From positions 13,165 through 77,164 of the forward strand of contig DASCQF010000126.1 in the NCBI GenBank assembly GCA_036012905.1: a stretch of DNA of 64,000 nt, written 5' to 3'. Within the stretch, counting starts at the first letter, position 1. Every line of letters begins with the position of its first letter. Below, one piece after another: positions 1 to 10,710 of the stretch. The translations under genes were made by a program, and so were the position numbers. The notes below the pieces were generated by a model. It was not told the origin of the DNA. It saw only the letters and a program-made list of their open reading frames with translations, and did not search any database. The stretch comes from Vicinamibacterales bacterium (GTDB taxonomy: Bacteria > Acidobacteriota > Vicinamibacteria > Vicinamibacterales > UBA8438).

Positions 1-1
1 G

Positions 2-703
2 GCGATCGAGTCTGCCGCCCTCGCGCTCGAGGCCGGACTCGGCACCGACCAGGTCGTGATCTCCTGCAAGGTGTCGTCTCCGCGCGACCTGATCGCAATC
101 TACCGCGAGCTCGCCCGACAGACCACCCAACCGCTGCATCTCGGCTTGACCGAGGCGGGCATGGGACTCAAGGGCCAGATCTGGTCCGCCGCGTCGATGG
201 GCATCCTGCTCGACGAGGGCATCGGCGACACCATCCGAGTCTCCCTGACCCCCCAGCCGGGCGGGGACCGGCGCGAGGAGGTATACGCGGCGTGCGAGCT
301 GCTACAGTCGCTGGGGCTGCGTTCGTTCGCGCCAAGCATCACCGCCTGCCCCGGATGCGGCCGCACCACCAGCACGACCTTTCAGGAGCTGGCCGAACGA
401 ATTCAGCATCACGTCCGCGACATGATGCCGGTGTGGAAGACCCGCTACCACGGGGTCGAGGAGATGCGGGTCGCCGTCATGGGGTGCGTGGTCAACGGCC
501 CCGGCGAGTCCAAAGCGGCCAACATTGGCATCAGTCTCCCCGGCACCGGAGAGGAGCCCACGTGTCCGGTCTACGTCGACGGACGTCATGCGACCACGTT
601 GCGGGGTGCGTCTGACGAGCTGGCCGACGCATTCCGGCAGCTCGTCGACGACTACGTCGAGCAGCACTACCAGAAGAAGAGCATCGGGGCACATGTCACA
701 TGA
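2..703 (+). CDS. ispG: 4-hydroxy-3-methylbut-2-enyl diphosphate synthase IspG/GcpE, C-terminal part (5' end outside window)
   Basis: Frame is open from the window edge. Translation ...[20 protein letters not shown]...[25 protein letters not shown] carries the IspG Fe-S cysteine motifs. Confidence 0.9.
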   Translation, partial: AIESAALALEAGLGTDQVVISCKVSSPRDLIAIYRELARQTTQPLHLGLTEAGMGLKGQIWSAASMGILLDEGIGDTIRVSLTPQPGGDRREEVYAACELLQSLGLRSFAPSITACPGCGRTTSTTFQELAERIQHHVRDMMPVWKTRYHGVEEMRVAVMGCVVNGPGESKAANIGISLPGTGEEPTCPVYVDGRHATTLRGASDELADAFRQLVDDYVEQHYQKKSIGAHVT

Positions 704-1559
704 CGCGCCAGCGGCCGACGCGATCCGCCTCATCGCGATCGACATCGACGGCACGCTGATCGACGGCGCCGGCCACCTGCCGGAAGCAAATCGCGAGGCG
801 ATCCTGGCCGCGGTGACCCGTGGTGTGGAAGTGGTGCTGGCCACCGGACGTAGCTTTCATCACGCGCGCCCGGTGGCCGAACGGCTCGGCGCCACGCTCA
901 CCCTGATCGTCAGCAACGGCGCCCTGGTGAAAACCGCGGACGGCAGCACGCTGGCCACCCGGCTCATACCGCGCGACCTCGCACGAGACGTAATTGTCGC
1001 CACCAGGCCGGTGCGCGCCGGTGCCGCGCTCATCTTCGACCGCCCCGACGCCCGGCAGTATGTGTACGAGCGCATCGACTGGTCCCACCCGCAGCGGCGG
1101 GGGTACTACGAACGCCACCACACTTTCATGACGGAGACCACGGCGCTCGACGCGGTACTGGGGGAAGAGCCGGCGCAGCTAGCGTTCAACGGCGGCGTGA
1201 CCGAGATGCGGGCCCTGGCCGCCTATGTGCGCGATCTCTCGTGCGCCGAGCACCTGACGCTCACCCTGACCGAATACGAGGACCGCGACTTCTCGCTCTT
1301 CGACATCACCGCGAGCGGCTGCTCGAAAGGCGTGACGCTGGCGGACTGGGCCGCGCGCCGCCAGGTAGAACCGCACGAGGTGATGGCGGTCGGCGACAAC
1401 CTGAACGACCGGGACATGCTGGAATTCGCGGGGCACCCGGTCGTGATGGGCAACGCCGTCCCGGAGCTCAAACAGTTCGGATGGCCGTTGACGGCCCGTC
1501 ACGACGAGGCCGGCCTGGCGCAAGCGATCGCAACGAAAGTGCTTGGCGACGACACGTAG
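693..1559 (+). CDS. Cof-type HAD-IIB family hydrolase
   Basis: ATG at 693 overlaps the ispG stop. [15 protein letters not shown] (DxDGT motif), ATGRS, and [25 protein letters not shown] are typical of Cof/HAD phosphatases. The longer ORF from 525 is Ser/Thr/Arg junk. Confidence 0.85.
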   Translation: MSHDAPAADAIRLIAIDIDGTLIDGAGHLPEANREAILAAVTRGVEVVLATGRSFHHARPVAERLGATLTLIVSNGALVKTADGSTLATRLIPRDLARDVIVATRPVRAGAALIFDRPDARQYVYERIDWSHPQRRGYYERHHTFMTETTALDAVLGEEPAQLAFNGGVTEMRALAAYVRDLSCAEHLTLTLTEYEDRDFSLFDITASGCSKGVTLADWAARRQVEPHEVMAVGDNLNDRDMLEFAGHPVVMGNAVPELKQFGWPLTARHDEAGLAQAIATKVLGDDT

Positions 1560-1588
1560 CCGATCCAGAGCGGAAGGAATGAAGCCGC

Positions 1589-2941
1589 TCAAACCGACGG
1601 CTCCCACGCGCGGGCGCGCGTCCACCACGCCGCGACGAGCACGATACCGACCAAGATCAGCCCGGTGCAGAGACCAACCCAGAGTCCCGAGACGCCCCAG
1701 CCCATCCAGAAGCAGAGCACATAGCCGACCGGCAGCCCGACGAACCAATGCCCTGCCAGGTTCCAGAGCATCGGGGTGCGCGTGTCACCGAAACCGCGCA
1801 GGACCCCGGTCGCCACCCCCTGGAGTCCATCAAAGAGTTGAAACACGGCGGCCACGAGCAACAGTGACACGCCGACCCGGGTCACTGCCGGATCGGCGGT
1901 GAACAACTCCAGAATCGCACGGGGTGCCAGAACGAACACCACCGCCGCGCAGCTCATGAAGCCGCCGCCAAGCAGGAGCGCCGCCCACCCGGCATGCCGG
2001 GCACCGGGCGCGTCGAGCCGCCCGACCGCGTGCCCGACCCGAACCGCGCCAGCCGACCCTACTCCGAGCGGCACCATGAACGTGACGCTGGCGACATTGA
2101 GCACGATCTGATGCCCCGCCAGGGTGGCCGGTTCGAGCCGTCCGGCCAGCGCGGTCACCACGGCAAACACACCGACCTCCAGGCTCACCTGGATGGCAGC
2201 CGGCAAACCCAAGACCGCCAGACGCCGCAAACGATCGAGCTCGAGCCGCCGCGGAACATGCCACAGACCGGTGCGATGCCGCCGATCGTGGCGCAGAATC
2301 GCCAGCGCCAGAAACAGGGCCAGATAGACGCGTGACAGGCAGGTAGCCCAGGCGGCGCCGTCGACTCCGAGACGTGGCGCGCCCAGATTGCCAAAAACCA
2401 GCAGCCAGTTGGCCAGCACGTTGATCAGGTTTGCGCTGACGAGCGCCATCATCACCGGAGTGGCCATGCCGACCGCCTGCAAGTACCGGCGGAACGCCGT
2501 GTAGAACAGCAGGGGCAGGATGCTCCAGAGAATCTTAGAGAAATAGGGCCCGGCCAGACGCTGGACACCCGGGTCGAGACCCCAGCGGTCGAGTGTTGCG
2601 ATTACCGCGGCCGTGACGAGCGTCAGCGGTACCGACAGCATCAGACCGAGCCAGACGCCGTGGAACAGCCAGCGGTGACACTCGTCGAGACGACCGGCGC
2701 CGTGGGCTTGGGCGATGAGCGGGTCGAGCCCCAGCAGGGCGCCGATTCCGAACACCACCACCGCGAAGAACAAGACGCTGCCGACCCCGACCGCGCCGAT
2801 CGCCTCGGGGCCGAGACGCCCCACCATCGCGACATCGACGACCCCCATCGCGATCCAGCCGAGCTCGGCGACCACGACGGGTACCGCGAGACGGACCATC
2901 GGCCCCAGCTCCCGACGAAGATTGGTCAGCGTGGCGGTCAT
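1589..2941 (-). CDS. MATE family efflux transporter
   Basis: 450 aa and polytopic. N-terminus LAVPVVVAELGWIAMGVVDVAMVGRLGPEAIGAVGVGS is typical of NorM/DinF-like MATE proteins. Confidence 0.85.
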   Translation of the reverse strand: MTATLTNLRRELGPMVRLAVPVVVAELGWIAMGVVDVAMVGRLGPEAIGAVGVGSVLFFAVVVFGIGALLGLDPLIAQAHGAGRLDECHRWLFHGVWLGLMLSVPLTLVTAAVIATLDRWGLDPGVQRLAGPYFSKILWSILPLLFYTAFRRYLQAVGMATPVMMALVSANLINVLANWLLVFGNLGAPRLGVDGAAWATCLSRVYLALFLALAILRHDRRHRTGLWHVPRRLELDRLRRLAVLGLPAAIQVSLEVGVFAVVTALAGRLEPATLAGHQIVLNVASVTFMVPLGVGSAGAVRVGHAVGRLDAPGARHAGWAALLLGGGFMSCAAVVFVLAPRAILELFTADPAVTRVGVSLLLVAAVFQLFDGLQGVATGVLRGFGDTRTPMLWNLAGHWFVGLPVGYVLCFWMGWGVSGLWVGLCTGLILVGIVLVAAWWTRARAWEPSV

Positions 2942-2984
2942 CTGTCGGTCGGTCGGCGACCGAATCCACGTCTACGCCCTCCGA

Positions 2985-3019
2985 GGCTACAGGCTTCAGA
3001 CATCGGACTTCAGGCGCTC
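2985..3019 (+). repeat. Heptamer-periodic intergenic array, GGCTACR variant (5 units: GGCTACA GGCTTCA GACATCG GACTTCA GGCGCTC)
   Basis: Read directly from the sequence. It lies in the spacer between the MATE start and the rseP stop. Same unit and same GGCGCTC terminus as the arrays at 44473-44500 and 44594-44642. Confidence 0.7.
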
Positions 3020-3069
3020 GCGGACGCGAGGGAAGAAGGCTGGAGACGAACGAGGGGAACGGGTCCGCG

Positions 3070-4389
3070 CTAGCGCCAGATCATGAGACGCTCGACCCAC
3101 TCGACTCGGGTGAGGTCGTTGTAGATCACCGTCACCATCAGGGACATCAGCACCACAAAGCCGGCGAGCAGCATGCGCTCTTTCAGCCGCACGCTGAAGT
3201 CCCGGCGCGAGACCCCCTCCATCGCCATGATGAAGATGTGACCGCCGTCGAGGATCGGGATCGGCAACAGGTTCAAGATGCCCAGGTTGAGGCTTATCAT
3301 CGACATGAGCCCGAATAACGTGACCCAGCCCACCTGCGCCGCATCGCCAGACAGCTGTGCGATGCCGACCGGCCCCACGAGCTGCGACGGTGACGTGTCA
3401 CGCGTCAAGAGCCCCCAGAGCGTCTGGAAGATCAGCCCGGACCACTCATAGTTCTGCTCGAGGCTCATCGTGAACGCTTCCACCGGCCCTGGCTCGATGG
3501 TGTGCAACTCGAACGGGTTGAGCGCCACCCCAATCACACCGACGTCATCCACCAGCTGAGGCGTGACCACGATGTTCTGCGGAACTCCGTCGCGGCGAAT
3601 CCGCAGCGTGACCGGCGTATCGGGGCTGGCGTTGATCAGCTCGACGAGCGTTTCCTGACTGACGTCGCGCCCCTCGACTGCCTCGATGACGTCGCCGATC
3701 AGGATGCCCGCGTCTCGGGCAGACGACGAGGTCGGGGACCAGGCGACCACTTGGGGAGACACATCCGGACCGACACCGAGGTCTCCCAGGTTGTACGAAG
3801 TCTGTGCCGCGGGTGTCACCTGGACGGTGCGGACGCCGCTCGCGTCCCGCAGCACGACATCGATCTCCTGGTCGGCGCGCGGCACGACGGCGTAGACGAG
3901 CTCATCCCAGGTGTCGACTTGCCGCCCGGCGACGCTGAGGATGCGATCCCCCAGACGGATGCCGGCCGCCTCTGCCGGCGAATCCTCGGCAACCGACCCA
4001 ACGACGGGCGGTTGATCCTCGTAGGCAGGTATTTGCGCCCCCTGATACAGCACGACCGTCATGACCACCACCGCGAGGATGATGTTCATGGCCGGTCCCG
4101 CGATCAGGATCTGAAACCGCTGCCACTTCGACTTGGAGAGGAACTCGTCGTCTTTGCCTTCGCGCTCGTCCTCCGGGCTCTCGCCGGCCATCTTGACGTA
4201 GCCACCTAGCGGTATCGCGCTGATGCAGTACACCGTGTCCCCGCGCTTGGTCTGCAGCAGCTTGGGTCCGAAGCCCAGCGAGAAGGTCAGACAGCGCACG
4301 CCGTGGCGCCGCGCCAGCAGGAAGTGCCCCAGCTCGTGCACGAACACAAGCACGCCGAGAACGAAGAGAAATGCCAGCAGCCCGTTCAT
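3070..4389 (-). CDS. rseP: RIP metalloprotease RseP (site-2 protease, M50 with PDZ domains)
   Basis: MNGLLAFLFVLGVLVFVHELGHFLLAR carries the HExxH motif. Internal PDZ-like segments are present, with a C-terminal LNLLPIPILDGGH. The ATG at 4389 overlaps the dxr stop (ATGA). The longer 546-aa ORF has an Arg/Gly-rich junk N-terminus overlapping dxr. Confidence 0.9.
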   Translation of the reverse strand: MNGLLAFLFVLGVLVFVHELGHFLLARRHGVRCLTFSLGFGPKLLQTKRGDTVYCISAIPLGGYVKMAGESPEDEREGKDDEFLSKSKWQRFQILIAGPAMNIILAVVVMTVVLYQGAQIPAYEDQPPVVGSVAEDSPAEAAGIRLGDRILSVAGRQVDTWDELVYAVVPRADQEIDVVLRDASGVRTVQVTPAAQTSYNLGDLGVGPDVSPQVVAWSPTSSSARDAGILIGDVIEAVEGRDVSQETLVELINASPDTPVTLRIRRDGVPQNIVVTPQLVDDVGVIGVALNPFELHTIEPGPVEAFTMSLEQNYEWSGLIFQTLWGLLTRDTSPSQLVGPVGIAQLSGDAAQVGWVTLFGLMSMISLNLGILNLLPIPILDGGHIFIMAMEGVSRRDFSVRLKERMLLAGFVVLMSLMVTVIYNDLTRVEWVERLMIWR

Positions 4390-5588
4390 CCCTGCGATTG
4401 TAACTCGTCCACGAGGGTCCTGGAAAACGCCCTGGCGCTGGCATCGACTCGACGCACGTCGTCCAGTGTCGTGAGGCTGCCGCCTCTGGACACGTCGCGG
4501 GCATCGGCATCGGCATGGTCTAGCGCCGCCGCAATTACGATCGGGATCGCCGAAAATGGCACCGCCTCGTCCAGAAATGCCTCGACCGCAACTTCGTTGG
4601 CGGCGTTGAGCGCCACCGGCAGCGCCGCCCCGCCGTCCAGCGCACGGTAGGCCAGTGCCAGACAGGGAAAACGCTCCATGTCCGGTCGACCGAAGTCGAG
4701 CCGGCCGCACGCGGCCAAGTCGAGCGCGGGCAGCTCGGTGTCCCAGCGATCCGGATACGAGAAGGCGTACTGAATCGGCAAACGCATGTCGGTGACACCG
4801 AGCTGCGCGATTTGCGACCCGTCGCGCAGCTCGACCAGCGAATGGACCACCGACTGCGGATGCACGACCACGTCAATCCGCTCAGCCGCCACTCCGAACA
4901 GCCACCGCGCCTCGATGACCTCGAGCCCCTTGTTCATCAGCGTCGCCGAATCGACGGTGATCTTCCGGCCCATGCGCCAGGTCGGATGTTCGAGCGCATC
5001 GGCCGGCGTGACACCGGCCAATCGTTCCCGGCTCCATTCGCGAAACGGTCCGCCCGACGCGGTCAGGATCAACCGCTTGATCTCGTCGTCCGACCGCCCG
5101 TGGAGACACTGATGGATCGCGTTGTGCTCGCTGTCGACCGGGATCACCGACACCCCGCGACGCCGGGCCGCCTCCATGACGAGCCCGCCGGCCATGACGA
5201 GCACCTCCTTGTTGGCAAGCGCAATCGTTTTGCCGGCGTCGATCGCGGCGAACACCGCGTCGAGCGCCGTGGTACCGGTGGTCGCGCACAGCACCAGGTC
5301 GACGTCGGGATCCGTGGCGACCGCAACCAGTCCCTCCGGGCCGGCGAGCGAGCGCTCGACCGAGCCACGGGTCATCTCGGACAACCTCGACAACACCGAC
5401 GCCAGGCCGTCTTCCGCCGCCATCGCAATGACACGCGGGCGATGGTGCTCGACCTGCTCGGCGAACCGGCTGACGTTGGCTCCGGCAGCCAGACCGACCA
5501 CCTCGACCCGGTCAGGATGGACCATCGCGACCGAGAGCGCACTGCACCCGATGGATCCGGTCGACCCGAGGATGGCGATGCGAAGCAT
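4386..5588 (-). CDS. dxr: 1-deoxy-D-xylulose 5-phosphate reductoisomerase
   Basis: MLRIAILGSTGSIGCSAL NADPH-binding N-terminus, IPVDSEHNAIHQCL, and NKGLEVIEA motifs. Confidence 0.95.
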   Translation of the reverse strand: MLRIAILGSTGSIGCSALSVAMVHPDRVEVVGLAAGANVSRFAEQVEHHRPRVIAMAAEDGLASVLSRLSEMTRGSVERSLAGPEGLVAVATDPDVDLVLCATTGTTALDAVFAAIDAGKTIALANKEVLVMAGGLVMEAARRRGVSVIPVDSEHNAIHQCLHGRSDDEIKRLILTASGGPFREWSRERLAGVTPADALEHPTWRMGRKITVDSATLMNKGLEVIEARWLFGVAAERIDVVVHPQSVVHSLVELRDGSQIAQLGVTDMRLPIQYAFSYPDRWDTELPALDLAACGRLDFGRPDMERFPCLALAYRALDGGAALPVALNAANEVAVEAFLDEAVPFSAIPIVIAAALDHADADARDVSRGGSLTTLDDVRRVDASARAFSRTLVDELQSQG

Positions 5589-5635
5589 ATCTAGTCGGGG
5601 CTACGCCCCGAACCCCACCCGAGCGCTGTCAGGAC

Positions 5636-6412
5636 TCATGCGAGTTGGAGAAACAGATAGAAGCCTGGTGCGGCGAACAACAGGCTGTCAATGCGGTCGA
5701 GCACACCGCCGTGTCCCGGGATCAGCCCGGACGCATCCTTGACTCCGGCCCCGCGCTTGAGCTGCGACTCGAAGAGATCTCCGGCGATACCGAGCCCGAC
5801 GATGGCGACGCCGAAGACGGCGCGCTCCGGGATGGTCGACTGTTCCAAGCCCGGGATACCGATGGCGAGCATCAGGGCGGTCCCGGCTACGAGACCGAAC
5901 AGTGCCCCCTCAACCGTCTTCTTCGGGCTGATCGCCGGCGCCAGTGGGGTCCGCCCGAGCCATCGGCCGCCGTAGTACTGAGCAGTGTCGCTGACCATGA
6001 TGGTCGCAAGCAGCAGGAGCACCGCCTCGCGACCGGCACTCAGCCTGACCGCGACAAGGGCACCGATCGGCAAGCCCAGATACAGTATCGGAAACAACGA
6101 GGAGCCAACGTCGAGCAGCATCGGAAGGCCACGTCGATCGGTAGCCAGGCTGACGATCCCGATGGTCAGCACCGAGGCCATCAGCACCACGACGGTGACA
6201 TCGAACGCGACGGCGGCCGCCGTCGCGGCCACACCGATCATGGTCACGCCCCCGAACAGCCTGGCGCCGTAGGCGGCGGCAAGCGCCGCGTATTCGCGGA
6301 ACGCCAGCAAGAGAACGACTTCCGCCAGGACCAGTGTCGCCAAGGGCGGCAGAAACCAGATGGTCCCGATGACCAACGGCAGGAGCGCCAGGGCGCTGAG
6401 CACACGGGCCAT
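5636..6412 (-). CDS. cdsA: phosphatidate cytidylyltransferase
   Basis: Membrane protein with SDTAQYYGGRWLGRTPLAPAISPKKTVEG and GDLFESQLKRGAGVKDASGLIPGHGGVLDRIDS (CdsA signature). Confidence 0.9.
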   Translation of the reverse strand: MARVLSALALLPLVIGTIWFLPPLATLVLAEVVLLLAFREYAALAAAYGARLFGGVTMIGVAATAAAVAFDVTVVVLMASVLTIGIVSLATDRRGLPMLLDVGSSLFPILYLGLPIGALVAVRLSAGREAVLLLLATIMVSDTAQYYGGRWLGRTPLAPAISPKKTVEGALFGLVAGTALMLAIGIPGLEQSTIPERAVFGVAIVGLGIAGDLFESQLKRGAGVKDASGLIPGHGGVLDRIDSLLFAAPGFYLFLQLA

Positions 6413-6442
6413 GTCTGGGCGGTTCGAGGCGCAGCCTGGCAG

Positions 6443-7291
6443 TCAGCGCCCAACGACGACCGGCTGCGTGATGCCGCCGTAGCGCCGATCGCGTTTCTGG
6501 TAGTCGAGGATCGCCTCGAGGAGGTGCCGGGCGCGGAAATCGGGCCACAGAGTCTCGGTCACCCAGATTTCCGCGTAGGCGATCTGCCACAACAGAAAGT
6601 TGCTGACGCGCATCTCGCCGCTGGTCCGGATGAGCAGGTCGGGGTCCGGCTGCCCTGCTGTGTAGAGCAGATCGCCGAACCGCTGCTCGTCGAGCTCGGA
6701 GGGCCGGAGTCCGGCCTCGATCGCGCTCCGCGCCGCCTCGACGATCTCCGCCCGCCCGCCGTAGTTGAGCGCAATGTTGAATCGCATGCCGCGGTTGCCG
6801 CTGGTCCGCGCCTGCCCAACGTCGAGCTCGTGCCTGACGTCTGCCGGCAGCTCATCTTGACGCCCGATGACCTGAAACTTGATGTCGTTGGCGAGCAGGT
6901 TCTCGAGCTCGAGCCGCAGATACCGCTTGAGCAACCCCATCAGGACGGAGACCTCGGTGGGCGGGCGCTTCCAATTCTCGACAGAGAACGCGTACAGCGT
7001 CAGCACGTCGATGCCGATGCGAGCGGATGTCTCCACGACGTCCCGTACGGCGTCGATGCCGGCGCGGTGTCCCTCGACGCGCGGCAAATGCCGCTGAGCC
7101 GCCCACCTGCCGTTGCCGTCCATGATGACCGCCACGTGAACCGGCAAACGCTCGAAGTTCAGCTGCCGTGCGAGTGCTTCTTCCCGCGAGCCGGCGGGCG
7201 CCCAGGTCAGCAGATCTTCGAAGCTCATTGGCGTGGCGTTTGGCTCGGCGAGAGCATGACTCAATCTCGCGACGGCGAGGGTCCAACGCAA
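6443..7291 (-). CDS. uppS: di-trans,poly-cis-undecaprenyl diphosphate synthase
   Basis: HVAVIMDGNGRWA, TLYAFSVENWKRP, and RTSGEMRVSNFLLWQIAYAE motifs. The start could instead be the internal Met at 7228. Confidence 0.9.
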   Translation of the reverse strand: MRWTLAVARLSHALAEPNATPMSFEDLLTWAPAGSREEALARQLNFERLPVHVAVIMDGNGRWAAQRHLPRVEGHRAGIDAVRDVVETSARIGIDVLTLYAFSVENWKRPPTEVSVLMGLLKRYLRLELENLLANDIKFQVIGRQDELPADVRHELDVGQARTSGNRGMRFNIALNYGGRAEIVEAARSAIEAGLRPSELDEQRFGDLLYTAGQPDPDLLIRTSGEMRVSNFLLWQIAYAEIWVTETLWPDFRARHLLEAILDYQKRDRRYGGITQPVVVGR

Positions 7292-7355
7292 ATCCTTGTT
7301 AACCGCTGATGGTACAAGCTGTTAGCGTCTCATTCAAGGATCGATGCACCCTCCG

Positions 7356-7398
7356 CCCTTCATCTGACTGCTGAATCCTGACTTCTGACTTCTCGAGC
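7356..7398 (+). repeat. Heptamer-periodic intergenic array (CTGACTG CTGAATC CTGACTT CTGACTT CTCGAGC)
   Basis: Read directly from the sequence, in the spacer between the uppS start and the truA stop. Confidence 0.75.
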
Positions 7399-7405
7399 AA
7401 CCGGC

Positions 7406-8176
7406 TCAGTAGTCCACCCGCATGAGAAACAGGCCGTGCGGTGGGGCCGTCTGGCCAGCCAGACTACGGTCTCTGGAGCGAAGTGCATGCTCGACCGCCA
7501 CGTGGTCCCTTCGTCCCCGACCTACCTCGACGAGCGTCCCGACGATGATACGCACCATGTGACGGAGAAACCCGCTGCCGCGCACCTCGATGATGGTCGG
7601 GGACGCGCCGGGGCCTCCATCAACGGACCACGGGTCACGCGGCACGCGGCTGACCGCCAGATCGAAGAGCGTCCGCACGGTCGAACGCGTCGAGCTCCCG
7701 GTTGCCTGAAAGGCCGCGAAGTCGTGCTCGCCGACGAGCACCCGCCCCGCGTCAGCCATCCGTTCGGCGTCGAGCGGCTCGCCGACGTGCCATCCGTAAC
7801 GGCGGTCGAACGGGCTCGAGACCGCGCCGTGCAGCAGGCGATACCGGTAGGTCTTGACGGTCGCATCGAACCGAGCGTGAAACAGGTCTGGGCCGACCTC
7901 TGCCGCCACGACGCGGATGTCAGGAGAGAGCTTCGCGTTGACGGCGCGCACGAGCGCGTCAGGGACAATCTCGTGCCTGAGCTGCAGGCTGGCCACCTGC
8001 GCGAGTGCATGCACCCCGGCGTCTGTCCGTCCCGCACCCACGACGGCGACCGCCTCCCCTTCGATCTCGGCGAGCGCCGCCTCGAGACACCCCTGAATCG
8101 ACGACCCCTTCGACTGCCGCTGCCAGCCGACGTAGGCGGCGCCGTCGTACGCAATGGTGAGCTTTAGGGTGCGCAT
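7406..8176 (-). CDS. truA: tRNA pseudouridine(38-40) synthase TruA
   Basis: MRTLKLTIAYDGAAYVGWQRQ and GAGRTDAGVHALAQV (catalytic Asp motif). Confidence 0.9.
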   Translation of the reverse strand: MRTLKLTIAYDGAAYVGWQRQSKGSSIQGCLEAALAEIEGEAVAVVGAGRTDAGVHALAQVASLQLRHEIVPDALVRAVNAKLSPDIRVVAAEVGPDLFHARFDATVKTYRYRLLHGAVSSPFDRRYGWHVGEPLDAERMADAGRVLVGEHDFAAFQATGSSTRSTVRTLFDLAVSRVPRDPWSVDGGPGASPTIIEVRGSGFLRHMVRIIVGTLVEVGRGRRDHVAVEHALRSRDRSLAGQTAPPHGLFLMRVDY

Positions 8177-8206
8177 CAGGATGCGCTTGCAGCCTGCTGA
8201 ACAGCC

Positions 8207-8797
8207 TCAGCCTGCCGGTCTGGAACCGGGCTTGGACACCGGCTCGCCACGGCCGCACATCGGGCATCCAGCCGACTCGTAGGCGGGCAAGGGAATCTGT
8301 ACCAAGGCATCGAACGGGACATCGAAGCGGACCGGCTCCTCGCCACGATCGATGATCGCCGCCGCGCCCACGACCGTGCCACCCGCTGCCTTGGCCACGT
8401 CGATCGTCTCGCGTGTGGACCCACCGGTGGTGACGACGTCCTCCACGACCAACACCCGCTCGCCAGGGTCGAGCCGAAATCCGCGGCGCAGCGTCAGGCG
8501 ACCGTCCCGGCGCTCGGCGAACAGGGCCCGGACACCCAGGGCCCGCGCCACTTCGTATCCGATGATGACCCCACCCAGTGCCGGTGACAACACGACACTC
8601 GGTTCGAGATGGACCGCCTGCGTGGCCAGAGCCTGCCCGAGCGCCGCCGCGTGTTCGGGGTGCTGCAGCACCTGCGCGCACTGGAGATAGCCACCGCTGT
8701 GGAGACCGGACGTGAGCTGAAAGTGCCCCTCGAGAAGCCCTTCGCACCGCCGAAACAGATCGAGCACCGCCGTCGAGTCCATGCTGATTGCTCGCAA
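8207..8797 (-). CDS. pyrE: orotate phosphoribosyltransferase
   Basis: GHFQLTSGLHSGGYLQCAQ and the PRPP-binding loop VLVVEDVVTTGGST. The start may be the Met at 8782. Confidence 0.9.
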   Translation of the reverse strand: MRAISMDSTAVLDLFRRCEGLLEGHFQLTSGLHSGGYLQCAQVLQHPEHAAALGQALATQAVHLEPSVVLSPALGGVIIGYEVARALGVRALFAERRDGRLTLRRGFRLDPGERVLVVEDVVTTGGSTRETIDVAKAAGGTVVGAAAIIDRGEEPVRFDVPFDALVQIPLPAYESAGCPMCGRGEPVSKPGSRPAG

Positions 8798-9055
8798 AGG
8801 ATGAACCCTTGCCGGTTGCCGAGCGGCTCAGCCGGCACGGTACAGGGCACGAGAAACCACGTTGGCGTTCCAGCCGAACGGGGTCGGATACCATCGGGCT
8901 AGGTTGTCGTCGCGGCCGATCCTCGGCCCGCGATCTCACAGTATACAATCGAAGGGAAGACAAACTTGTCTCGCCGCCGTTCCGTCTAAGAATCCAGCAG
9001 ACCGTCGTGAACGCCCCGCCCGCGCCCGTTCCTCACCTGTGTCGGGAGATCTCAG

Positions 9056-10696
9056 ATGCATAGCACACGAACCGTCGTCGCGATCCTCTTCGTCCTGTGC
9101 GTGCCGTCCGCCTGGTCCACGCCCGGTGTCGCGCAGACCCGTCCCGACCTCGGCGTCGCGTCCAACCTACGAGATACGCCGGTAACGGCGGGTGGAATCG
9201 TCCTCCCGGCCGCGGCGTTGCAGCCGGGCGGGGCGGCCGTGCGCCACCTCACGGTGGACGAGGCGGTCACGCTGGGACTCGAGCAGAACCTCGACCTGCG
9301 CGTGGAACGCCTCAATCCGCAGATCCAGGACCTGGGCGTCGCTGAGGCACGGTCGGTCTACACCCCGATGCTCTCGACGACCCTGCAGGGCAACAATCGC
9401 AACAGCCCCTCGAACAGCTTCCTGTCAGGCGGCGACCTCAAAGTCACCGACCGGCTGCTGAGCGACAGCGTGGATGTGGTGCAGGATGTGCCGTGGGCCG
9501 GGGGCCGGTACTCGGCGAGCTGGGACAACTCGCACTCGAGCACGACCAACATCTTCTCGTCGTTCGACCCGATTCTCCGGTCGAACCTGAACCTCAGCTA
9601 CACGCAGCCGTTGCTACGGAATCTGCGTATCGACGGCCCGCGCCAGCAGATTGCGATTACCCGGGCCAATCGGGAGATCTCCGACATCCAGCTCCGGCGC
9701 ACGATCGTCCAGACGGAGCGCAACGTCCGGAACGCGTACTGGGAGCTCGTCTTTGCGCAGTCGTTCCTCGAAGTGCAGCAGCAGTCGCTCGCTCTCGCCG
9801 AGGAATCGCTGCGCAACAACCGCACGCGGGTCGAGGTCGGCACAATGGCGCCGATCGACATCGTCGAGGCGGAGTCGGAGGTCGCGCGAAACGATGAGGC
9901 GGTCATCCTCGCCGAGGCCGGCGTGGCGCGCGCCGAGGACCAGTTGCGCACCCTCATCCTCGACCCGGACGCCCCCGACTTCTGGTCGACGCGGATCCAA
10001 CCCAGCGACAGCCCGGTGCTGCAGGCGCAGGCCGTCGACGTGGACGCCGCGGTGCGCCACGCGCTCGACACCCGAACCGACCTCGATACGCAGGACAAGA
10101 CCATCGAGACCACCGACACCAACATCCGCTACTACCGGAACCAGCGGCTCCCGGATGTCAACCTCCAGGTCAACTATGCGCTGAGCGGACTTGGTGGCAC
10201 GCGGCTGGTCCGCGGGGACGGATTTCCCGGACCGATCATTGGCCAGGAACAGACCTCGTTCGGCAGTGTCCTGGGCGACATCTTCTCGAACGACTTCCCG
10301 AACTGGACGGTCGGCGTGACCGTGGCCTACCCAATCGGCACCAGCCTCGCCGACGCCAACCTGGAGCGGGCCCGGCTGCTGCGCAACCAGGCGGAGCTGT
10401 CCCGTCGAAGTCTCGAGGTGCGGATTGCCTCCGAGGTCCGGGATGCGGGGCGCAACGTCACCACGAACCTGCAGCGGGTGGAGGCGACCCGAGCGGCGCG
10501 ACAGCTGGCCGAACGCCGCCTGTCGGCGGAGCAGCGCAAGTTCGAAGTCGGCCTGTCGACCACCTTCCTCGTCTTCCAGGCCCAGCGGGACCTGGCCTCG
10601 GCGCGGAGCAACGAGGAGCGGGCAATCCTCGACTACATCCGGTCGCTGGTCGACTTCAACGCGGTGCAGGAAATACCGCTGTTCGGGGCACCGTAG
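9056..10696 (+). CDS. TolC family outer membrane efflux protein
   Basis: Signal peptide MHSTRTVVAILFVLCVPSAWS, then two repeated coiled-coil/beta halves with typical TolC/OEP composition (LTLDEAV-like LTVDEAVTLGLEQNLDLR). Confidence 0.8.
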   Translation: MHSTRTVVAILFVLCVPSAWSTPGVAQTRPDLGVASNLRDTPVTAGGIVLPAAALQPGGAAVRHLTVDEAVTLGLEQNLDLRVERLNPQIQDLGVAEARSVYTPMLSTTLQGNNRNSPSNSFLSGGDLKVTDRLLSDSVDVVQDVPWAGGRYSASWDNSHSSTTNIFSSFDPILRSNLNLSYTQPLLRNLRIDGPRQQIAITRANREISDIQLRRTIVQTERNVRNAYWELVFAQSFLEVQQQSLALAEESLRNNRTRVEVGTMAPIDIVEAESEVARNDEAVILAEAGVARAEDQLRTLILDPDAPDFWSTRIQPSDSPVLQAQAVDVDAAVRHALDTRTDLDTQDKTIETTDTNIRYYRNQRLPDVNLQVNYALSGLGGTRLVRGDGFPGPIIGQEQTSFGSVLGDIFSNDFPNWTVGVTVAYPIGTSLADANLERARLLRNQAELSRRSLEVRIASEVRDAGRNVTTNLQRVEATRAARQLAERRLSAEQRKFEVGLSTTFLVFQAQRDLASARSNEERAILDYIRSLVDFNAVQEIPLFGAP

Positions 10697-10710
10697 AACG
10701 AGTGCGCCCC

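Noticed and set aside
4390-4710. N-terminal 107-codon extension of the rseP ORF (546-aa version)
   Set aside because: The extension overlaps the 3' end of dxr in another frame and is Arg/Gly/Cys-rich junk. A Met at 4389 gives the canonical M50 N-terminus and an ATGA overlap with the dxr stop.
5645-7309. 554-aa plus-strand ORF spanning the cdsA-uppS region
   Set aside because: It is antisense to two genes with unmistakable family motifs. Its translation is Arg/Gly/Pro/Asp-rich with no recognisable domain. This is a typical high-GC shadow ORF.
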